A DNA stretch of 30,369 bases from contig SKHU01000053.1 of the NCBI GenBank assembly GCA_007116755.1, positions 1-30,369 of the forward strand, written 5' to 3'. The DNA comes from Alphaproteobacteria bacterium. Lineage in GTDB: Bacteria; Pseudomonadota; Alphaproteobacteria; Micavibrionales; CSBR16-224. The position numbers were made by a program, and so were the translations under genes. Positions 16,502-25,243 of the stretch are shown piece by piece. Within the stretch, counting starts at the first letter, position 1. Each line of letters starts with the position of its first letter. Under the pieces are notes generated by a model, which saw only the letters and a list, made by a program, of their open reading frames with translations, had not been told where the DNA came from and did no database searches.

Positions 16502-17665
16502 TCAAGGCTTTATTTGACGTAGCGAATGCTTCTTTTTCGTAGGTGAAGAGGTTGATGTCGCAAGCGCAGGTGTTTCAAAGCGCGTCAGATCGTAGGCGCT
16601 GAAAAAGCAGCGGTCACCCATTGCGGTAAGCGCAGGTGCTTCAAAACGCGTCAGGGCATCAGCGCTGAAAAGGCAGCATTCGCCCATTTCCGTGAGCGCA
16701 GGAAGATAAAGGGTTTTGATGCGTGATTTTTCAGCACCAATCAGGAGTTCATCGCCCAGATACAGGTTACCGCCTTTGACTGTCAATGCACGGTTTCCCC
16801 CGTAGCACCGGTTAAAATCATCCGCAAAGCTGTCGTTGTTTTCAGGATCGATTTTCTTCAAGGTCTTGGTTTTATTGTCAAACAGGAATCCCTCAAACAG
16901 GGCATCACCGGCGACTTTGTCGACGGTGTAGACATGGGCATTTTCAGCCCATGCCTGATCGCCGTAATATATGTTGTTATCCTCTTTATAATATTTGAAT
17001 ATCCGGTTTCCCATTAACACAAATCCCTCGGGCAAAGAAGATTTGGTGGCAGAGAATTCAACGTTGAAATAGTCTTTGAGTGCCGCCGAAAGCCCGTCAA
17101 TAATATTGTCCGGATTGCTATCGAACGTGTTATCACAACCGGAAACCGCATGGTTATAACGGTTTTTGATGCTGATAAACCCGCCTTCTTTCCACATCTG
17201 GATGGAAATCACCGAAGTGCCGTATTCATCCTGACGTTCCTCTTTTCCTTTGAAATCTTCGCGTTTGATTTGATCCACATCTTTTTTGACGGCATGGACA
17301 ATGTGATAGTTTTTGTAACGCGCATGGTCATTAAAGGTGCACAGCAGCTCGCCGCGTGCAAAATAGGGCTTGATACTGTTTTGTTTTTCCAGAGCATCGG
17401 CGTAAAAGGCTTTGTATCCGGCCTGATCCAGCAGAACAAACGGGTCTGACGGTGCAGGCGCAGGCGTATCATCGTTGGAGGCCAGCAGAGTCATAAGATA
17501 AGGCAGCAACGGTTCTGCATCCTGCCCTGCATGGCGAAGAATAACGTCAATATCGGGAATCTCCAGAATTCCGTTGTGGAAATTCCTGATTGTCTGCGCA
17601 AATTTTTCGCCGTTTTGCTTTTTCAGCGTCTTGTACATGGAAGCACCCGCCGTGTTTACCCTCAT
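16502..17665 (-). CDS. Hypothetical protein: uncharacterised N-terminal domain plus short 22-aa leucine-rich repeat array
   Basis: 387-aa ORF (alternative start ATG 17638, MYKTLKK). The C-terminus has IKTLYLPALTEMGECCLFSADA / LTRFEAPALTAMGDRCFFSAYD / LTRFETPALA. No signal peptide. Confidence 0.8.
   Translation of the reverse strand: MRVNTAGASMYKTLKKQNGEKFAQTIRNFHNGILEIPDIDVILRHAGQDAEPLLPYLMTLLASNDDTPAPAPSDPFVLLDQAGYKAFYADALEKQNSIKPYFARGELLCTFNDHARYKNYHIVHAVKKDVDQIKREDFKGKEERQDEYGTSVISIQMWKEGGFISIKNRYNHAVSGCDNTFDSNPDNIIDGLSAALKDYFNVEFSATKSSLPEGFVLMGNRIFKYYKEDNNIYYGDQAWAENAHVYTVDKVAGDALFEGFLFDNKTKTLKKIDPENNDSFADDFNRCYGGNRALTVKGGNLYLGDELLIGAEKSRIKTLYLPALTEMGECCLFSADALTRFEAPALTAMGDRCFFSAYDLTRFETPALATSTSSPTKKKHSLRQIKP
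16563..16702 (-). repeat. 66-bp intragenic tandem repeat (2 full units plus a partial third) encoding LRR units
   Basis: AGCGCAGG anchors at 16563, 16629 and 16695. Hand alignment of the two full units gives 52/66 identical. Confidence 0.9.
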
Positions 17666-17740
17666 ATCGCATTGAATAATATTACCAGAATCCTTTAATT
17701 ATGCCAAATAATGGGCGGTAAAAAAGCGGAACCCTTTTTG

Positions 17741-18283
17741 TTATTTCGCCAGTTGCAATGGTGACGCGACGGCACTGCTGGCCGATACCTGACTGACTCT
17801 GCCGTCTTTGATATGCATATGGATTTTGTAGCGCCGCTGCACAAACGGATTAAACCCGCCGTTTCTTTTAACGGCATAGATCACGGCTTCGGAAGAACCG
17901 TTACCGTTATAACGGCGCTCGTATTCTCTTGGATGATAGGCTTTAAACCCGCGTGACATCAGCAAATCAATCGCCTGTTCCGGTGTGACGATCTGATGCG
18001 CATCAAAATAGGCAATGACCGCACTGCTGATGACAAAATTCCGCCCCCGATCTGTTGTGGAGTTTCTGTCGGCAATATCACGCGCATTGCGAAACAGGCC
18101 GAGAAAATTATGTTCTGCAATCATTATCTCCACGTTTTTCTGTTTTGCATCCTCTGTTCCCTGAGACGGCGCGGTTTTCGCAACTCTTTCTGTTGATGCG
18201 CACCCCGATAAAACTGCTGCCAGAAAAACAACAACCAGCAAATTTTGCACGCCTCCGGCGGGAAAGTAAAAACTCTTATTCAT
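17741..18283 (-). CDS. Hypothetical lipoprotein (180 aa)
   Basis: Start reassigned to ATG 18283 (MNKSFYF…) with AAGGTG RBS. Hydrophobic stretch followed by lipobox LSG|C. Confidence 0.8.
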   Translation of the reverse strand: MNKSFYFPAGGVQNLLVVVFLAAVLSGCASTERVAKTAPSQGTEDAKQKNVEIMIAEHNFLGLFRNARDIADRNSTTDRGRNFVISSAVIAYFDAHQIVTPEQAIDLLMSRGFKAYHPREYERRYNGNGSSEAVIYAVKRNGGFNPFVQRRYKIHMHIKDGRVSQVSASSAVASPLQLAK

Positions 18284-18490
18284 AGCACACCTTAAAACCT
18301 TTCTTTTTTCAGTTAATATCAAACAAATCGCATAACGCGCACGAAACTCCCCCGGTGCTGTCCGCGTGGAAAGCACCTGTTGTCTTTTGCACAACTTCCC
18401 CAATGCGTTTTTGATTGAAGGCGTTTTTTCATCACAGCCCGAAGCGGGCATCAACGCCAAACGGCCCTACAGGCCGGACTTGTTTATTTT

Positions 18491-18955
18491 TTATTTATTT
18501 GCCGTAAAATTCATACTGCGCGAAAAAATCCAGCGCGCTGCCGTAACTTCAAGACCGCTGCCGGGCGTGTGCGCCATGGAAACCCGTGCAGAACGGGCAT
18601 TTTCACTCGGCATATTAACAAAACGCCCGCCCTGAAAACGGCTGTCGCCTTCATGACGCAGCCCTTCAATGATCCGCATGCCGCGCAGTTTTTCCGGCGA
18701 TTGCGTCAACCCAAAACGCTTTGCCGCTTCCGGCGTCGCGGTTTTTAAATAGCCGCAAAGCATTTGATCATTATCTTCACAGGGTCTGAATGCCACTGTC
18801 ATGCTTTGATCGACCGCCGTCCACTCTGTTGCGCTGATCTGCGTGATAACAACATTCTGCAGATTTTGAGCGGATACGGTTTGCGGAACGGCTGCAAACA
18901 GAAACAAGACTGCCGCGGATAACAATGCAAAACCTGTTTTGCCGTAAATCTGCAT
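18491..18955 (-). CDS. Exported protein, DUF2147-like
   Basis: Signal peptide (…TVSA|Q). Pattern W-T…V-x-F-x-P-C…LCGYL…G-x-x-II-x-GL…F-x-GG resembles DUF2147. A GTG at 18958 is an alternative start. Confidence 0.65.
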   Translation of the reverse strand: MQIYGKTGFALLSAAVLFLFAAVPQTVSAQNLQNVVITQISATEWTAVDQSMTVAFRPCEDNDQMLCGYLKTATPEAAKRFGLTQSPEKLRGMRIIEGLRHEGDSRFQGGRFVNMPSENARSARVSMAHTPGSGLEVTAARWIFSRSMNFTANK

Positions 18956-19082
18956 CACTGTTGCTCTTGAAAATTATTCATTTTACGTATTATCTTCTAT
19001 TGTAACACGAAACTCATAAAATTTCATGAAGAAAACAGCGGATTTCCGGTGCATTCAAACTGTTTTTGAAATATATATCCGG

Positions 19083-19949
19083 TTAATTTTTGATATCTTT
19101 CATTAAAACCGTCACGCGGCGGTTTTCCGGATGCGCAAGACCGTCTTCCGTGATAACAGCGGGTTGCGACTGCCCCCAACTCTCCACGGTTTTGATACGG
19201 TTGGCGGCTATCCCGCCGGATGTCAGGGTGCGCATAACCGTTTCCGCGCGGCGTTTGGACAGGTTCAGATTATACGCCTCGCCACCCGCAAGATCCGTAT
19301 GGGCATTGAGAATAAATTGCGTATCCGGGTGCCGCTCTGCCAGTTCCAGAATGGTGGCAACCGTTGTTGCCGCATCGTCGCGGAGATCGTCTTTTTTATA
19401 GTCAAAATATAACACCCATTCCTGCCGTCCGAACGGAGCAAAAATGATGCTCTCGACCTTTTTCAATGCCGTTTTAAAACCTTTGCGGCAGGCTTTGATC
19501 TGATCGTTTTGGAAGCTTTCTTCCTGTTTTTCCATCCAGCAATCAAATTGCGTTTGTGCCGTAGCCAGCTCTTTTGCAGTCCGGTCGTTCTTCGATTCCG
19601 GATGATCAATCGCGCGCATCAGCCGTTTGCGCGCTTTTGTTAACGGAATGACGGCATCCTGAGGCAGGCTGCGCGCCGAAATTTCTTCAGGCAAAACCGT
19701 TACGCCTCTTGCGACCGCAGCGGCGCGGGCGGCAAAAACATCGGAATCCCGCCAGTCTGACCGTGCGTTCTGTTCCCGCGCCAGTTCAAGATATTGCAGG
19801 AACAATGTTTTCTCATAAAGATGCGAAGGCGGGGTCATTTTTTCGACCCGCAGATATTTTGTGCCCTGCGCAGCACATCCCGCAACCAGCAATATCAGCG
19901 GAAAGCCGGCCAAGGCGATAAAAAGGCAAAAACGGGAAAACGCAGACAT
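19083..19949 (-). CDS. OmpA-family peptidoglycan-binding lipoprotein
   Basis: Lipobox VAG|C. N-terminal helical domain with AQTQFDCWMEKQEE…CR typical of alphaproteobacterial OmpA/MotB proteins. C-terminal LYFD…AHTD…YNLNLSKRRAETV…ENRRV. Confidence 0.9.
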   Translation of the reverse strand: MSAFSRFCLFIALAGFPLILLVAGCAAQGTKYLRVEKMTPPSHLYEKTLFLQYLELAREQNARSDWRDSDVFAARAAAVARGVTVLPEEISARSLPQDAVIPLTKARKRLMRAIDHPESKNDRTAKELATAQTQFDCWMEKQEESFQNDQIKACRKGFKTALKKVESIIFAPFGRQEWVLYFDYKKDDLRDDAATTVATILELAERHPDTQFILNAHTDLAGGEAYNLNLSKRRAETVMRTLTSGGIAANRIKTVESWGQSQPAVITEDGLAHPENRRVTVLMKDIKN

Positions 19950-20016
19950 AGAACACCCTTTCGGTTTCGATTACGTGCTGTTATGGCCGCCTCCGGATCC
20001 TGATAAATTTAGAACG

Positions 20017-21228
20017 CTAGGATACGAAATTACTGAGATATTCAAAGAATCGAAGCTGTACAAGGTCATTCCATGTTGCAAACAGCATCAAACCAAGAAC
20101 CATCACCAGCCCCGTGCGCAGAGCATATTCCTGAACCTTTGGCGAGACGGGCTTGCCTTTGATAGCTTCAATCGCGTAAAGCATCAAATGCCCACCGTCC
20201 AGCAAGGGTATCGGAAACAGGTTAATCAAACCTAAATTGACCGAGAGTAGAGCCGAGAAAGTGATAAATGCAATCAAGCCCGATTGCGCAAATTCTCCGG
20301 CATAAGCACCGATCCTGAGCACGCCGCCGAGTTCTTCTGCGCTGCGCACACCGGAAATCATCTGCCAGACCCCTTTCAGCGTCAAGGCTGTCAGGCGCAT
20401 GGTTTCTTTTGTCGCCGCCCAGGTCGCTGTTGCAATGTTGTGTTCCTGCATGGCCATTTGCCCGGGCGGACTAATAATACCGATCCGTCCGACTTCGTGC
20501 CGAAAACCGAAATTATCCTGTATCGACAGGACTTCAGGAGTGATACGAAGCGTAATCGGTGTCTCCATATCCCATTCATCATCACCGACAAACCGTACAA
20601 CCGTCACATCCATAGGCGTATTGAGATTCACGGACACCGCCTGAACAATGTCCTCGAAACGGTGTATCCGGCCGCCGTTGATGGCAATGATTTTGTCGTC
20701 AACCTGAATACCGGCACGTTCAGCAGGTGCACCCTCGACCAAAGTTCCGGCAACCGGCGGCGTGTAAGGTTGCCCCTGATAAACATACAGACCGGCAAAA
20801 AGTATAATCGCGAAAATATAATTAATGGCAGGGCCTGCAAAAACGATTGCCGCCCGCTTCCAGAGTTTCTGGGTGTAGAAAGCGACTTTTTTCTCTTTTG
20901 CGGTCATTTTACGGATTTTTCCGCCTTTTTCTTCGACCGTGTCTTCATACTGGGCACTGGCCGGATCGGTATCACCGAACATCTGCACATAACCGCCCAG
21001 AGGGATCAGGCTGAATTTCCAGCGCGTACCGTTTTTATCCGTATAGCCGAACAATTCCCGGCCAAAGCCGATGGAGAATTTTTCCACGCGCACACCGCAC
21101 ATGCGGGCAACGATGTAATGTCCCCATTCATGGACAAAAACCAGAACACTGATCACCAGAATAAACGGCAATCCGTAATTCATCATAAAATCCAATGGAG
21201 TTTGCAGCGCTCCCAAAACAGTTTCCAT
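20017..21228 (-). CDS. rseP: RIP metalloprotease RseP
   Basis: FVHEWGH, FSIGFG, AGPAIN, PDZ segment, NLGLINLFPIPLLDGGH. Confidence 0.97.
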   Translation of the reverse strand: METVLGALQTPLDFMMNYGLPFILVISVLVFVHEWGHYIVARMCGVRVEKFSIGFGRELFGYTDKNGTRWKFSLIPLGGYVQMFGDTDPASAQYEDTVEEKGGKIRKMTAKEKKVAFYTQKLWKRAAIVFAGPAINYIFAIILFAGLYVYQGQPYTPPVAGTLVEGAPAERAGIQVDDKIIAINGGRIHRFEDIVQAVSVNLNTPMDVTVVRFVGDDEWDMETPITLRITPEVLSIQDNFGFRHEVGRIGIISPPGQMAMQEHNIATATWAATKETMRLTALTLKGVWQMISGVRSAEELGGVLRIGAYAGEFAQSGLIAFITFSALLSVNLGLINLFPIPLLDGGHLMLYAIEAIKGKPVSPKVQEYALRTGLVMVLGLMLFATWNDLVQLRFFEYLSNFVS

Positions 21229-21271
21229 GTCAGTCCAACCCCTATTTTCTTATAACCGGTTTATCTTTTTA

Positions 21272-22483
21272 TTATAACTGCCTTTGACACAATTGTGCAA
21301 TCACATCCCGTGCACAGGCGCGGATTTCTTTATCTATCAATATAATATCCTCAACCCCCGACGGAGGCGACAGTGCATCTGCCTTCTCCATAACCGATGC
21401 GATTACGGATTCGATATCAAGAAAGCCGATGCCGCCTCGCAGAAAGCTGTCCACCGCGACCTCATTGGCGCTGTTGAAAACGGTCGGCATCGCGCCGCCG
21501 GCTTTAAGAACATCGCGAACCATGGACAGCGCCGGAAAACGCATTGTATCCGGCGGCAGAAAATCCAGTTGCAGCGCCTGTGACAGATCAAGAAACGCTC
21601 CCGTCGTTTCCATCCGCTCCGGCCATGCGAAGGCATAGGCAATCGGCGTGCGCATATCGGATGCCCCCATCTGTGCAAGAATGGACCCATCAATATATTC
21701 CACCATCGAATGCACAACGGATTGCGGATGCATCAGCACATCTATTTTTTCGCTTGAAAACCCGAAAAGATAATGCGCCTCAATAACTTCCAGCGCTTTA
21801 TTCATCATGGTCGCGCTATCGACGGAGATTTTCGCCCCCATCGACCAGTTCGGATGCGCCACTGCTTCCGCGGGCGTAATATGCTGCAACTCGTTGCGTG
21901 CGCGGTTTAAAAACGGCCCTCCCGAGGCGGTCAGCACCAGACGCCTGACATCTTCGGGGCGCTTTTGTTCCAGCACCTGAAAAATCGCATTATGCTCGCT
22001 GTCCACGGGCAGAATCGGACAGCCGTTTTTCTCTGCCGCACCGGTCATGAACACGCCGGCGCAAACCAGAGATTCCTTATTGGCCAGCGCCAGCGCGCCG
22101 CTGTTTTCCAGCGCCGCCAGTGACGGTTTCAATCCGGCAAAGCCGGAAATTGCGGCCACACAGACATCGCTCTCTATGGATGCCGCCTCCAGAACAGCGC
22201 TTTCTCCTGCGCCGCAGGCGATTCCTGTTCCCGCAAGCGCCTCTTTCAGCGCCGCATAGCCGCTTTCATCGGCCAGCGCGACAAATGCGGGGCGGAACAG
22301 GCGCGCCTGCTCCGACAACAACGCGACATTTTTGCCTGCGGTCAGCGCCGTCACGGAATATTTATGCGGCGAACCCGCCAGAAGATCCAGCGTGTTCGTG
22401 CCGACCGAGCCGGTACTGCCCAGAACGGTAACACTGCGTTTTGCAGTTTCCGGTTTTTCCGCGATATGCGTCACATTTTCCAT
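21272..22483 (-). CDS. dxr: 1-deoxy-D-xylulose-5-phosphate reductoisomerase
   Basis: LGSTGSVG, LANKESLV, PVDSEHNAIFQ, HPNWSMGAKISVDSATMMNKALE. Start reassigned to ATG 22483 (MENVTH…) to avoid overlap with cdsA. Confidence 0.97.
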   Translation of the reverse strand: MENVTHIAEKPETAKRSVTVLGSTGSVGTNTLDLLAGSPHKYSVTALTAGKNVALLSEQARLFRPAFVALADESGYAALKEALAGTGIACGAGESAVLEAASIESDVCVAAISGFAGLKPSLAALENSGALALANKESLVCAGVFMTGAAEKNGCPILPVDSEHNAIFQVLEQKRPEDVRRLVLTASGGPFLNRARNELQHITPAEAVAHPNWSMGAKISVDSATMMNKALEVIEAHYLFGFSSEKIDVLMHPQSVVHSMVEYIDGSILAQMGASDMRTPIAYAFAWPERMETTGAFLDLSQALQLDFLPPDTMRFPALSMVRDVLKAGGAMPTVFNSANEVAVDSFLRGGIGFLDIESVIASVMEKADALSPPSGVEDIILIDKEIRACARDVIAQLCQRQL

Positions 22484-22502
22484 TTCTTCCAAAAACCCCG
22501 CT

Positions 22503-23171
22503 TTATCCCGCTGCCAGTACAATGACGGCAAAAACCGGCACAGCCAGCAGCAATGCATCAATCCGGTCAAGAATGCCGCCGTGGCCGGGGATCAGATTAC
22601 CCGTATCCTTGATGCCGTATTTGCGTTTCAGTGCCGAGATCAGCAAATCGCCAATCTGGCCGATCACGGCAAATGCCGCGCCCAGAGCAGCCATACACAG
22701 CAGCGTCCATTCTGTAAACACGGCCGGCGTGAAGCCGCCCAACACAAATCCGGCCGCGACCGCCGCCGCGCCGACAAGACCACCGCCCAGACCTGCCCAT
22801 GTTTTATTCGGGCTGATCTTCGGTGCCATTTTCGGACCGCCGATCGCACGACCGGTAAAATAGGCGCAGATATCCGTTGCCCAGATCATTGCCAGCACCA
22901 TCAGCGTCAGCACAAAACCGTCATCATTTTTTAGCCGCAAAAACAAAAATGCGCTCATCGCCAGCAGAATATAGACATACCCCGCCGTCAACAGTACAAA
23001 ATCGGCGGCTTTCTTTTTGTCCGACAAAACCATTTTGCCCCATTCGTAAACAGAGGCAACCGTCAGCAGAACCACCAGAGCCAGAAACAGCCAGCCGCCC
23101 AGCCACAGCGCCGCCAGCGCCAAAGGCAGCATAACAAGACTGGAAAGAATGCGCTTTGTCAGTGATGTCAT
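22503..23171 (-). CDS. cdsA: Phosphatidate cytidylyltransferase
   Basis: WATDICAYFTGRAIGGPKMAPKISPNKTWAG, GDLLISALKRKYGIKDTGNLIPGHGGILDRID. Likely start ATG 23171 (MTSLTKRILSS). Confidence 0.96.
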   Translation of the reverse strand: MTSLTKRILSSLVMLPLALAALWLGGWLFLALVVLLTVASVYEWGKMVLSDKKKAADFVLLTAGYVYILLAMSAFLFLRLKNDDGFVLTLMVLAMIWATDICAYFTGRAIGGPKMAPKISPNKTWAGLGGGLVGAAAVAAGFVLGGFTPAVFTEWTLLCMAALGAAFAVIGQIGDLLISALKRKYGIKDTGNLIPGHGGILDRIDALLLAVPVFAVIVLAAG

Positions 23172-23179
23172 AACAGCGG

Positions 23180-23950
23180 TCAAACTCCGGACGCATGCTG
23201 TTTGCAAAGATCGGGAAGCGCGCCGTAACGCCGGTCGCGCGCCGCATAAACCGCAAGTGCCTTGTCCAGTTCCTTTTCATTGAAATCCGGCCAGGCCACA
23301 GGCGTAAAATAGAATTCCGTATAGGCAAGCTGCCATAAGAGAAAATTGCTGATCCGCTGCTCTCCGCTGGTTCTGATCAGAAGGTCAGGATCGGGAATAT
23401 CCTTTGTCATCAAGTTATTTGAGATCATTTCTTCATCTATATTCTCAAGAAGGCTTCTGCCGTTTTCAACATCGGCGGCTATATTGCGGACAGCGCGCAC
23501 AAGCTCCTGACGCCCACCGTAACTCAGCGCCATGACGACATCCATTTCATCATGGTGTTCCGTTGCCTTTTCCCATTTTTCAATACCCTCGACAATATCT
23601 TCGGGCAGGCGCGAGCGGTCGCCGATTACATGCAGTCGTGCCTTGTACTTGTTGAACTCCTTGACTTCATGCCCCAGATAGCGGCGCATCATATTCATCA
23701 AATCTTCGACCTCGCTGGCCGGACGCGCCCAGTTTTCGGAGGAAAACGCAAAAAATGTGACATAACGGATGCCGCGGCTGTGCGCCGCCTTGACAATATC
23801 GCGCGCCGCGTTGGAGCCGCGGCGATGCCCTTCGGCACGGGGCAGACCGCGCGCTGTGGCCCAGCGACCGTTGCCATCCATGATAAAAGCGATGTGCCGT
23901 GGTAAAGACTGTTCCTGTTCCGTTGCGCTCTCCTGCATAAATCCTGCCAC
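23180..23950 (-). CDS. uppS: Undecaprenyl diphosphate synthase (isoprenyl transferase)
   Basis: PRHIAFIMDGNGRWA, FAFSSENWARP, SYGGRQE, PDLLIRTSGEQRISNFLLWQLAYTE. Confidence 0.97.
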   Translation of the reverse strand: MAGFMQESATEQEQSLPRHIAFIMDGNGRWATARGLPRAEGHRRGSNAARDIVKAAHSRGIRYVTFFAFSSENWARPASEVEDLMNMMRRYLGHEVKEFNKYKARLHVIGDRSRLPEDIVEGIEKWEKATEHHDEMDVVMALSYGGRQELVRAVRNIAADVENGRSLLENIDEEMISNNLMTKDIPDPDLLIRTSGEQRISNFLLWQLAYTEFYFTPVAWPDFNEKELDKALAVYAARDRRYGALPDLCKQHASGV

Positions 23951-24010
23951 CGGTTCTTCGATACCTGTTTTTTTAAAAAAGACCCCGCAGGAATATCACA
24001 TACGTGTTTT

Positions 24011-24403
24011 TCAAACCAGTTTTTTCTGCATTGCGCCCGTAACACAGCGGCGCAACTCTTCCCGTGTGAAAGGTTTCCCGAGAATATCCGCAACCAGCGC
24101 ATCCAGATTATGTGCACGTCCGCGTTCTCCGGCATAGCCGGTCATCATAATAATTTTCATCTCCGGAAAATCCCGCGCCGCCTTCAGCGCCAAAGATATG
24201 CCGTCAAGATCGGGCATAACAATATCTGTCAGCAAAAGATCAAAAGCGCCGCCGTCCAGTTGACGGAGCGCGGCATAGCCGTCTTCGGCAACCGTAACCT
24301 CGTACCCTTCGTGTCCGAGACTGCGGCGCACAAAATCACGGATATCCGGCTCATCATCAACGACCAGTATCCGCCCTGCCCCACCGTCTTTGCCCATGCT
24401 CAT
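24011..24403 (-). CDS. Single-domain response regulator (CpdR-like receiver)
   Basis: RILVVDDE, LLLTDIVMPDLDG (phosphoacceptor D), MTGY, KPFT. No output domain. ATGA overlap with the upstream gene. Confidence 0.9.
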   Translation of the reverse strand: MSMGKDGGAGRILVVDDEPDIRDFVRRSLGHEGYEVTVAEDGYAALRQLDGGAFDLLLTDIVMPDLDGISLALKAARDFPEMKIIMMTGYAGERGRAHNLDALVADILGKPFTREELRRCVTGAMQKKLV

Positions 24404-25149
24404 CCGCTTCTCTCCGGTTTTGCGCGCGGAATACCGTAGAAACCGTAAAGATCGTAGCGAATGACAATCCGCTGCCCGTCCGGCGGAGCAGAGGACAGCC
24501 CGTAACGGATTAAAGAAGACGAATCTTCTCCCTCTTCAGCGCCGTAACCCGGAACGGACCAGTATTTCAGAACATCTCCGGTCGCGCCGAGCAGGAAAAT
24601 ATCCAGCGGCGCAAACGGACGCGTGCCGGCCGTTCCGTTCTCGACTTCCAGCTCAATATAAAGCCCGTATTCCCCGTCCGGCATTTTTTGATATTCCGCC
24701 GTCACCGGTCTGACTGCCGCCGGAGCCTCCAGAATATTCAAAGCGCGGTAAAGCGGATAAGTTTCGGGGGAATGATAGAGAACACGCGCCGGAAACAGAA
24801 CAAATACGGCTGCTGTTAAAAACATGAACGCAGCAAAGGATGCGGCAATATACCGCCAATCCGCGCCATCGTCCCCCGCAACGGCTTCTTCCGGTTCAGG
24901 TTCGACTATTTCGACAGCGTCCTCTTCAGGGGCGGATATGGCCTCTTCCAGCTCTTCGACCGTGATATTACTCCGCACCTCTTCAAAAACAAGTTCGACA
25001 TCGGCAGATTCGTCATCGATATCCTGTTTTGTCGCCGTCTGATGCCAGTGATTCCGGCAGCGGCCACACCTGACCTCCCGCCCCTTGATGCCAAGCAGCA
25101 GCGCCGAAACGCGGTATTTTGTATTGCATTCAGGGCATTGAACAATCAT
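24400..25149 (-). CDS. Zinc-ribbon (MJ0042-type finger) membrane protein, DUF3426-like
   Basis: MIVQCPECNTKYRV…GREVRCGRCRNHW, acidic linker, one TM segment, periplasmic Ig-like part (GLYIELEVENG…LDIFLLG…VLKYW). Confidence 0.85.
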   Translation of the reverse strand: MIVQCPECNTKYRVSALLLGIKGREVRCGRCRNHWHQTATKQDIDDESADVELVFEEVRSNITVEELEEAISAPEEDAVEIVEPEPEEAVAGDDGADWRYIAASFAAFMFLTAAVFVLFPARVLYHSPETYPLYRALNILEAPAAVRPVTAEYQKMPDGEYGLYIELEVENGTAGTRPFAPLDIFLLGATGDVLKYWSVPGYGAEEGEDSSSLIRYGLSSAPPDGQRIVIRYDLYGFYGIPRAKPERSG

Positions 25150-25243
25150 GGGCTACATCCGTTTCCTTTGCAAAATTCTATCATACTGCGGGGAGCGACA
25201 AAACTCTTTCGTTCACGCCGCAGATTTGATAATGTTTTTCGTC

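Noticed and set aside
16563-16702. 66-bp periodic repeat as a possible CRISPR array
   Set aside because: The period is similar to CRISPR, but the whole unit is homologous with no unique spacers. It is in frame within a CDS, and no cas genes are present.
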